From Octopus vulgaris (taxonomy: Eukaryota): 64,000 nt of DNA. The translations under genes and the position numbers were made by a program. Of this stretch, positions 51,310 through 64,000 are shown in pieces. The stretch covers positions 104,532,001-104,596,000 of the forward strand of contig OX597819.1 of NCBI GenBank assembly GCA_951406725.2. Direction: 5' to 3'. Under the pieces are notes generated by a model. The model was not told the DNA's origin, did not search any database, and was given only the letters and a program-made list of their open reading frames with translations. Every line of letters begins with the position of its first letter. Within the stretch, counting starts at the first letter, position 1.

Positions 51310-52496
51310 AGTATAGATAATAAAATGAATAGTTTTATATTTCAATATATAGACATTTGTCTGTTCTATATATTTCCTCCACCCATCTTTGTTTGTTTCT
51401 TTCCTTATTATCCTTTTCCCATATATATATATAACTAATATGCTGTATATTCAGTTTTACTGTCTTTGAGTTGCTATTTCTTTGCATGGGTGTATTCGAC
51501 TAAAAGTTATTCAAGGCGGCGGATTATCTTGTACTGCTTCAATTCTTTGGTTATAAGTTTTTATTGTGATGTCAACATAGTACAGACAGCTATGTTATGG
51601 ATCTACTCACAATATCCATAAGATTACGTAATAACTTACGCAACTCTCAAATATTCAAATTTATCAAAAATGAAAATGAACAAAAAAGAAAACGAGGGAG
51701 AGCAACATGTTGATTAATAAACAGATCATCAACAGTTGATATGTCTTATGCGAATTACCAACATTTAAGAAATGTAAAGTGGGTAGGACTACCAACTATT
51801 AATCATGAGAGGTAGATAGCAAAATGAGGTTATAAATTAAGAAATATTTAAAGGTGTTTCTCTTCTAAAGATCTTATTAAACTTAGCGAGCTCACTCGCA
51901 AAGGTTGGTTCAGGCAAACCATGCTTGTGTACCAGCAGATAGCAAGCGCCATGCATGATCTTTGATCCTAACAAAATATGTTCTAAGACAGCTACCAGCG
52001 TTGCTTTAAAAAAAAAACAAATTATCGTGTTAAATTGTTTAGTACAAGTGAAGTGACACGGTTAATAAATTCTAGCTTTACTTATTCATTTACTTCATTC
52101 ATCTTGATTCAAGTGCGCCAATTATTGCGGAACTAGTAGGATATTAGCGTTAACTAATGGAGATGCAAATATCATAATTCAGGAAAGTAACTTAAGAAAA
52201 ACCATAGATTAGTGAATGTCTTTGCGAAATTTCAGAGGAGAGAGACGGAAGAAGGAGATGAAGAAGGAAAACGAAAAGAAATATTGTCCACACACACACA
52301 CACATATGCATGCATGTATGTATGTATGTATGTATTACGTTTGTATGTATCTATGTATGTATATACATACATACATACATATATATAAATATATATATGC
52401 ATATTTATGTATTTATGTATCCCCTCCTCTCTCTCTCTATACATACATACATGCACACACCACCCACACATACACACACACACACATATATATATA

Positions 52497-52795
52497 TTTA
52501 CATGTATGATGTATTTTCAGGGATAATTTATTTCATCTCACTACCTTAGCTTTTTAGTTTTGCATATTAATTCATCCCTCCCACCAAAATGGGCAATTAC
52601 ATCCCCTATCCCAAATAATAATGATCACCATTTACCTCCCCTTCATTCACAAATCCCCGTACATAGATGGGCTAAAATCGGAAGAAAATACGAAATTACA
52701 ATAATTTCAATGTCATGATTAGCGAACGCGAAACCGGTCGACAAACACAATACTCTTTTACTTATTATATATATATATATATTCATTTCCAAGTA

Positions 52796-52837
<42 letters not shown>

Positions 52838-52843
52838 TATATG

Positions 52844-52874
<31 letters not shown>

Positions 52875-52968
52875 TTACATGTATGATGTATTTTCAGAGA
52901 TAATATATTTCATCTCACTACCTTAGCTTTTGAGTTTTGCATATTAATTCATCCCTCCCACCAAAATG
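52497..52968 (+). mobile_element. PLE pseudo-LTR-type unit (377-bp period, about 95-bp direct repeat) containing an HHR
   Basis: 52497-52591 repeats at 52874-52968 with about three mismatches. Confidence 0.7.
52711..52743 (+). ncRNA. Minimal type I hammerhead-like motif with A3-U8 core
   Basis: UGUC AUGAUUA GC-GAAC-GC GAAA CCGG UC GACA: 4-bp stem I, palindromic ACCGGU stem III, canonical GUC site. Confidence 0.72.
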
Positions 52969-52969
52969 A

Positions 52970-53330
52970 GTGGACTCTATAACCACTAAAGACACCGTTT
53001 CGACGAAGAAATACGTGGGCCTTACAGAGGGTAATTTCAAGACCAGGTTCAATAACCACATCTTGAGTTTTAGGCACTGGAACAAAAGAAAAGCGACAAA
53101 ATTATCTAATCATATTTGGTCTTTAAAAGATAAAGATGTCGATTATAACATCCTTTGGAAGATTTTGGCCAAATGTAAGCCCTACACCAACGGCAGCGGA
53201 AAGTGCGACATGGAGAGATGGTTTATCTAGAAAAGCAGCTTAGACCCTACTACATGTCTAAACTCAAGGACAGAACTTTTCGGATCATGCCCATATGTGA
53301 CAAAATTTTTGTTACGATTTTGGTCCCCTA
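52970..53330 (+). pseudogene. GIY-YIG endonuclease C-terminal fragment of a PLE
   Basis: KYVGLTEGNFKTRFNNH...LSNHIWSLKD...WKILAKCKPY...KCD..., then CLNSRTELFGSCPY after a stop. Confidence 0.8.
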
Positions 53331-53956
53331 AAGAAAACAGATAGAACTTGCTTTCTATATTATGTCCCAAAAAGTTTTTTTATCTCATTATACCTTTTAT
53401 TATTTCATATATTTTTATATTTTTTCACACGTAATAATTTTTTCTGTACTCTTCTATCCTGCATTTTTTCCTGTGCCTATATAGACGTGTATATAGATTC
53501 ATTTGTACACGTGTGGAAATATGTATGAGTGGGCAGTTTTAGATGTGTGCGTGTGTGCGGTCATAAGAATGCATATATATATACACGTTTTTACTTAGTA
53601 TTTAGTTCGTATGTGTGCGCAGGCAGGTTTGTGCGTGTGTGTATGTGTGTGTGCATATCAAGATATACTTAAAAAATTCAATATAGAGATTATAGGTTTT
53701 CAAAATAACGGACTTTTAATGGACACCGAATATTAATATAAAAGGTAATAAGGTATATTCCATATACAGCTCATTCAAAAGATGGATGGAGCATAATAAA
53801 AATGTAACTGGATAAACATATTTTCTGTTAAGTACCAGAAGCAATATATACGTATACATACATACATACATACATACATACATACATACATACATACATA
53901 CATACATACATGCATACATACATACATACATACATACATACATACATACATACATG

Positions 53957-54510
53957 CAGGCATGGTGGCTTCCCCCTCATTATCAAGTTTGCACGAAGCT
54001 TAATCAATGTTGTTATCGTGCAAAACCTGTGCAAGAAGATTTTTTTTAAAGTGAGGAAAGGCTGTGCACAGAGTCAATCCCACTCACTAAGCAACAGCAG
54101 CCATAATCTGAAAAGAAGAACAAATCAACATCATCGGTAACCACTGAGCCGCATGTTTTATGTCGGAGTTATTCCAGTTACCTGAGTTACCTTCTCTTAG
54201 AAGGATGCCCTAACAAAGGCTAGGAGTCCTTCACTCCCAATGGTTTAACCGCGCGATCGGGTATTCAGTCCGATTATTTCTATGTCCCCGCGCATGATAC
54301 AGCCTTAAGATATTTATTTGATGGCCTTTGACTCTCAAAAGTTCCTCTGCCCTTTGACTGGTTTTGTTTTTCATCCCGCAGGGTGTCCGATAAACACCGT
54401 CCTCACCAAGCAAGCTTGGTGGGGTTGCCGGTTTAGTCGCCGACGACCTGACCATGCAACAGGTTGTACTGGGTTACATGTTACCAGTAGCACTCGAAAG
54501 TGACCTGACA
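53957..54510 (-). mobile_element. Longer copy of the noncoding element flanked by (CATA)n
   Basis: 54182-54510 matches 28393-28723; an extra roughly 225 bp extends to the (CATA)n array ending at about 53955. Confidence 0.7.
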
Positions 54511-54862
54511 TAACATACATACATACATACACACGGGCAAAGGTATGTACTATCACAGAAGTCAGCTGCCCTGCAGATATGAATATCTCTTTGCAAATCA
54601 ATGAAAAAGAGGATACCTCCAGTTTCTATATCCTCACTATGAATTCACATTCATACTAATAATAATTGGAGCACTAGGTTTGTTAGTTATAGGAGAATCT
54701 GGATAAGCTGGAATTTTCAGAAAAAGAAATCGACTGGATAATTCATACAATTCGCACAATCTGTGAGTGGAACAGTAAAAACCTTTGGCTAGTATATTGA
54801 TTTTTGTTATAGTTTATTGTTATAGTATATTAATTTTTGTTTTGGCTAGTATATTGATTTTT

Positions 54863-56750
54863 GTAACCCACCGCCTAAGCAATTTTCTAGACATCCTACT
54901 GAAACCCTTGCTGAAATACATCAAAAGTTTCATTAGAGATGATTTAGACATGCTAGAACATCTACCAAAAACAATTAATGAAGAGGCAATATTGGTTACC
55001 CTCGATGTTATCAATCTTTACACCAACATCCCCTATGACTGTGGAATAAAAGCAATTAAATTCTGGTTGGAAAAGTACCCCGAAGTACTCCCGGAACGCA
55101 TAAACCAGGTCTTTATTATTGAATCCTTAAAATTTATACTTCAGAACAATTATTTCCTATTTGATGACACATATTATCGTCGGAAATACGGAATTGCGAT
55201 GGGAACGAAAGCAGCTCCTGTTCTTGCGAACCTAATAATGGGTTATTTTGAATTCCCCTTATAATTCCTCTTCAGAAATATGGTTACCCATTTTACCTCT
55301 ACATAAGAGAAAATTGGAAGAGATACCTAGGTGATTGTTTTATCATTTGGAAAGAGAACATCGACAAACGTTTGGACTTCAAATCAACAATAAATGATAT
55401 AAATAGTAACATTCAATTCACAATGGAATATTACAAAGAACAACTCCCATTTTTAGACATCATGATAAAAAAAGTTAACAATGAAATCATAACTGACATT
55501 TATTATAAATCAACTGATTCAAAACAATATCTTCTCTTTAACTCATGCCACCCGAAACACATCAAAATAAACATCCCTTTCAATTTGGCAAAAAGAATTT
55601 GCGCAATAGTGTCTGGTAGAGCAACTCGGGACCTTCGTCTTCAATACCTCAAAACAACGCTTATTGAAAGACAATATCCACCCTCACTTATCGACGAGGG
55701 AATGAAACGTGCCAAACAATTAGACGCAAAAACACTAAGAACAACAAAACATAACACCACACCTCAACTCAAAACATTACTATTTATATCAACACACAAC
55801 CCCAGAAACTGTGAGGCATTCAACACTATTTTGCAAACTCTTCCTTTACTAACTAGAGATCTAAAAATGAACGACATCCTGAAAACACACAAACTCATCA
55901 AATGCAAAAACAAGACAAATCGCTAAATGCGAAGCTTTACAAAACAACCACGAAACCAACGGTTGAAAAATGTAGACGATCAAACTGTGGAACCTGCACC
56001 AACCTACTTGAAGGCTCAGATTTCCTTTTCAAACAAGGACAGAGGTTCACAATTAAAACTAGTTTCACTTGTGCCTCTGAGAACCTAATTTATGTAATAA
56101 CCTGCTCGGGTTGCGAACACAACTATATTGGACAAACGGGTATGACTTTGAGAAAGAGAACCACTCTACATAAAGAGTAAATCCGTTTCCCGCAATACAG
56201 GCAAATTCTTCTCAGTGAACATATAGAAAAATGTGCAGATAACATCAAACCAAATTTCACAACCTTCCCCTTCTACCAGTGCAAAGACACAATCTCTCCA
56301 CAAGAACGTTTAAATAAAGAAACTTTTTTCATTGAAAAATACAGAACACGTCTCAATATGCACGCATAACCAACTTTTATCTTTTTACATATTTCAGTTC
56401 ACGATTACATCACTGTACATAAATCCCCTCACTAAACAAGGTTTTCGAAACTTGTTTTGTACATATATATTCCCCTCCTATTACCGAAAGCTGAACAGTT
56501 ATCTCCTTTACCCACAACAATAACAATAATAACGACAACCCATTACCTCCATTTATTTATCTACTTGTGAAGTCGTCATTCTCTCGTGAATTTCATCACA
56601 CACAAGATGGACAAAATTTCTTCTTAAGAAAAATTACATACTTAAATAAGTAAAACATAATATGAATAGCAATAGCGAAACCGTTCGATATATTAAAAAT
56701 TATATGAAAACTATATAAGTGTGCGTATTTTCCTTTTTAAATTTCTCATA
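54863..56750 (+). mobile_element. 5'-truncated Penelope-like retroelement (RT + Cys linker + GIY-YIG, Neptune-like), decayed
   Basis: THRLSNFLDILLKP, LDVINLYTNIP, GIAMGTKAAPVLANLIMG, WKRYLGDCF (YLDD mutated), LPFLDI, NSCHP, CRRSNCGTC, NLIYVITCSGCEHNYIGQT. Confidence 0.92.
56654..56694 (+). ncRNA. Degenerate A3-U8 hammerhead-like motif in the PLE 3' terminal region
   Basis: AUGAAUA GC-AAUA-GC GAAA CCGU UC GAUAUAUU; stems I and III carry mismatches. Confidence 0.5.
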
Positions 56751-57189
56751 TATATATATATATAATTGAAATTTACAGAAAAACACGTATGTACGTATGT
56801 ATGTAAGTAAGTAGGCATGCACGTTCATATAAGCAATAATGCTTGTCTACATGTCTTACAATAACATCGCCATTTCGCAACGAATCTTCACCAAATTTTG
56901 CAGTGGCATCCAGATGAAGCCCAGAATTATGCATCAACTAAAATGGTCAGGCCTCCTTAGAGTAAAAGCGCTATAAGTAAATAAAAAAATGTAGAGTGAC
57001 TAGAACTTGCTCATGAGTAAGAGTCCAGTAGGGGTGTTGGTGGAGGGCCAAGAACGTTAACAGTTTTATTTTCTCCTTTACTAACACATACGCATATCCT
57101 TAGTTTCATATATATATATGAGCGTCCTCGTTCGAATTGCTTTGCTGCGCTTTTGTTTTGTTTTGTTCTGACAACGTAATTCCTGGTTT

Positions 57190-57269
57190 TTCCTGAAGAG
57201 AAAGCTGCAATATGGTATCCTTATTTAATCAGAATTTGGAAAATTGTGGCCTTTGAAACATGTGTAGAA
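57190..57269 (+). ncRNA. Type I hammerhead-like motif with canonical core and extended stem II
   Basis: UUC CUGAAGA GAAAGCUGCAAU...AUUGUGGCCUUU GAAA CAUGUG UA GAA, inside a roughly 210-bp element between (TA)n tracts. Confidence 0.55.
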
Positions 57270-57323
57270 TGTAATAAAAGGAATTCTGTACAATCTTCGT
57301 TCAACTCCATTTCTTCCATTCAC

Positions 57324-57402
<79 letters not shown>

Positions 57403-57772
57403 TCATTTACTTGTTTCAGTTTCAATCATTTGACTGCGGCCTTGCTGAAGCACCGCCTTTAGTCGCCCAAATCAACCCGAGGACATTCCTTGTAAGCTAA
57501 GTACTTATCCTATTGGTCTCTTTTGCCGAACCGCTAAGTTACAGGGACATAAAAACACCAACATCGGTTGGGGAGGGGACAAACACAGACATACAAACAT
57601 ATATATATATATATACGACAGACTTCTTTCAGTTTCCGTCTACCAAATCCACTCCCAAGGGTTTGGTCAGCCCGAGGCATTAATAGAAAACACTTGCCCA
57701 AGGTGCCACACAGTGGGACTGAACCCAGAACCATGTGGTTGGGAAGTAAGCTTCTTACCACATCGCCATGCC
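57403..57772 (-). mobile_element. CORE-type SINE
   Basis: Aligns to 69-510. Confidence 0.88.
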
Positions 57773-59202
57773 TCTATGTTTTACTATATTTTACTGTATA
57801 TATTTGACTATTTCACTACACAAGAGCAGAAGGTTCGCAATGTTGTGAGAACGCCGAAAATATGTCTTGTATTTGCATTTTGGGTTCAATTATCGCTTAG
57901 GTTAACTTTGCTTTACAGCTTTACAGCTTTTCGGGAAGCCATAAATAAAATACCAGTCTAGTACTGGTGTCGATGGTATCTACTAGTTTTTTTCAAAATG
58001 ACTGGTGTTCTACGTAAGAAAGTTATTTCACTATAGAATATAGCAGTAGTAGCAGTTGTGGCTGTTAGAGATAACAGTAACGTTTGATGTACGTAGCAGT
58101 GTTTATAGAAGTAGAAATGACAGTGATAGTGGCTATAGCATTAGTACACTCAGCAGTGGTCGCTGTGATCGTGTTGCCGTTGAGTGTTCCATACCTCGAT
58201 ATAACACAGGATCAAACTTAGGGAATTAATTTACCATTGCATTAAGAAGGCATGAAGACATCTGGCTTTCGTTAGTGGATTGCCTTGTGGTGTGTGTGGG
58301 AAATACGTCTGTCTACGCCTGCGTCAGTCTATATGTGTATATCTGCACCTGCCTCTGTATGTATCTATGCGTTTATGTAAGTGTACGTATCCGTATGTGA
58401 CTGTTGGTGTGGATGGAAATTGTATGTTTGAATAAGAATGAAGAGGCATTCACACTTGTATACGTATTATGCGCATTTTCGATGCATATATCTGTATGAA
58501 AGAGAATAAGTGGTTATCCATGAAATTGAAGTCATACATACTCATATATCTGCACACATATACACTAATATATATGTTTGTATATAAGCGTACGCATTTG
58601 TGAGTAATTATACATTTGTGTGAACTCATCACTTATTGCAAATTATAAATAAAATAATACTATATGACTGTATATTCATAACTCAAATATATAGTATATT
58701 GTAGATGATAGCGCCTTATTGGATAACGTGTATGCATGTATGTGTGTGCGTATATATATATATATATATATATAAGAGCGTATGTTCAAAACGTAAAATA
58801 CTTTCTCACTTTCCCGAGCGTGAAACTAATACACCTGCTTGTTGTTTATACACCTGTCTTCGTCTTTTGTTTTTCTGTAAATTGTTAATATATATATATA
58901 TAAATAAATTTGAAATTTAAAATTTAGGTCTAGATAGGAGACATTAAAATGCGGCATCCAAACCATGGTAGTGTTCCTGCAGAAAACTTTCACCACTTAT
59001 GATTACCAGACGTCATCCGCGGTACAGTGCTTTCGCTGGTTCTACGTAAAGAATTCTTGGGTGAAAGTTGGGGATATTTAAAATGATTGACACAGAAGAC
59101 TGAGTGCAACTAGAAGCTTCACTTAGCACAACCGAAGTGATTTTTGTGCTAAATAAAGTTTCTAGTTTATTTCTAGTCCGTCTTTCCTATCAATCATGTA
59201 AT

Positions 59203-59281
<79 letters not shown>

Positions 59282-59284
59282 TAT

Positions 59285-62148
<2,864 letters not shown>

Positions 62149-62164
62149 TGCATATATATATATA

Positions 62165-62211
<47 letters not shown>

Positions 62212-62218
<7 letters not shown>

Positions 62219-63043
62219 TATATTGAGGGTACTACTATTCGTAGATACCAACACGCTAAGAGGGACCAATGCGGTCAAAACTACTAAAAATAAACAAAAT
62301 TTTACCGAATGCAAAACTTCAAAACACATCATTTTAAAAAAGAATTCAGTTACATACCACATGTGATTTCGCATTTAAATGCAGAATATGCATTTCTATG
62401 TTCATCAGTGCAACAAACTCAAGAAATATAATAGAAAAACATAACATTACAAGCTCGATAGCCAACCGTAGAATTCGTCGTAGCATGTCCGAATGTTTAT
62501 CTTTATATATCTATGAAAATGGCGGGCTCATTTGCAATGCATTTCGGTTACAAATTGTCTATTCGGAATAAAAATTCAGTATTGAACTATTCCGGTGGAA
62601 AATATAAATTAACAATTGAGGATAAAATCTTTAAAAGAAATTATCAGTAGTCAGCGTGAAAAACCTCGTAAGAGAAAAAATCCGTAAATTCTTCCTCATT
62701 GAAAATATTCATTTATATTATATTGAGGGTACTACTATTCGTAGATACCAACACGCTAAGAGGGACCAATGCGGTCAAAACTACTAAAAATAAACAAAAT
62801 TTTACCGAATGCAAAACTTCAAAACACATCATTTTAAAAAAGAATTCAGTTACATACCACATGTGATTTCGCATTTAAATGCAGAATATGTTGGTATCTA
62901 CGAATAGTAGTACCCTCAATATAATATAAATGAATATTTTCAAAGAGGAAGAATTTACGGATTTTTTCTCTTACGAGGTTTTTCACGCTGACTACTGATA
63001 ATTTCTTTTAAAGATTTTATCCTCAATTGTTAATTTATATTTT
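62212..63043. mobile_element. 500-bp HHR-bearing unit in partial tandem plus inverted arrangement (PLE pseudo-LTR or retrozyme-like)
   Basis: 62221-62390 is identical to 62721-62890; about 62889-63043 is an inverted copy of about 62598-62753. Confidence 0.85.
62349..62414 (-). ncRNA. Type I hammerhead ribozyme motif, canonical core
   Basis: GUUGCA CUGAUGA ACAU-AG-AAAUGCA-UAUUC-UGCAUUU-AA-AUGC GAAA UCACAUGUGG UA UGUAAC: 6-bp stem I, palindromic CACAUGUG stem III, GUA site, A.C mismatch at the base of stem II. Confidence 0.75.
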
Positions 63044-63177
63044 TGGGGATAAACATTCATTCCGGTACCTACAAGCGAGCTGCCTTGAGAAATTGGGTTG
63101 TGACTGCCCTTTCGAGGATGTAAGAAGTCCTATCGAGGGTCTTCTCTTCGTGTATTTATATACTATTATAATATATA

Positions 63178-63412
63178 CATGATTGCCGTCCACTCGTGAC
63201 CGAGGAAGACCATTGCCGGCCTTCAGGAACATTGTGCGCTCTAGGACTAACTTATATTTTGCATTTGCGGCTCCGTTGGTGGCTAATGAGCCCTGCTCTT
63301 GACAAGCATACACGACTGCAAACATCGCAGACCAAGCTTTCCCCATTCACTATACGAGCCATGCGCTTTCGCGCAGGTCGCTTAAGTTCTTCATGCTGGA
63401 TACGTACTCTCT
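63178..63412 (-). mobile_element. RTE (BovB-like) LINE 3' end
   Basis: RIQHEELKR...LVCDVCSRVCLSRAGLISHQRSRK followed by a short 3' UTR. Confidence 0.8.
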
Positions 63413-63843
63413 CATACATACATAGGCACAGACACACACATATATATATGTACACACACACACACAATATACACGCACGTTACGAGTTGTTTGTATAGGC
63501 TTGCCTTTTGCCTTGAAATTTAGCATACAATTTACATATGCTTCAATTTTTCTGTATAGTTTTTCTGTATAAATGCTGATGTACATATGTTTATATGTCA
63601 CTCTTACACAGGCGGTTTGTGTGCCCTCTCTGTCATTTAATTGTGATGTGAGGAATATTTGTTAGTCCCCTCAAGCTAATGAATCGACTATGCGATAATC
63701 TTTTTAATTAATTGGAAGAGGCTGTTAGTTACATCTGGTTTATACTTGTGTGTGTGTGCGCGCGCGCGGAAAATGGGTAAAATTTGCCATGTTTATAATT
63801 ATACCATAAATTACATATATATACATACAGGTATATATCTATC

Positions 63844-63916
<73 letters not shown>

Positions 63917-63927
63917 CTCTCTCTCTC

Positions 63928-63958
<31 letters not shown>

Positions 63959-64000
63959 ATATATCTATCTATTATCGTATGTGATATATACACACTGTCA

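Noticed and set aside
54785-54862. Three short TAGTATATT(G/A)ATTTTTGT repeats, superficially CRISPR-like
   Set aside because: Short degenerate tandem repeat at the PLE 5' junction with no unique spacers or cas genes.

Overview
AT-rich, microsatellite-saturated eukaryotic DNA. The SINE repertoire and repeat style point to an octopus or other coleoid cephalopod (inference). I found no supportable host protein-coding exon; most ORFs in the track are translations of simple repeats. The window is a mosaic of mobile elements: three tRNA-derived SINE families (CORE-type, Meta-type and a third), a young 5'-truncated CR1-group LINE with a 709-aa RT ORF (20.3-22.7 kb), three R4/Dong-like RLE retrotransposons (two bounded by (TAA)n arrays), RTE tails, a decayed hAT/Charlie transposon, Helitron fragments, a LINE ORF1 relic, and many Penelope-like elements (PLEs) and their non-autonomous derivatives. 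The main signal is about a dozen minimal type I hammerhead-ribozyme (HHR) motifs in these PLE-derived repeats. Between them they use all four Watson-Crick combinations at the catalytic 3-8 tertiary pair (CUGANGA, AUGANUA, GUGAACA, UUGAAAA), plus U4C and A6U variants. Also notable: a LINE/SINE shared 3' stem-loop with compensatory changes, and a local duplication carrying an identical 183-nt candidate first exon. All RNA structures were folded by eye and activity is untested.
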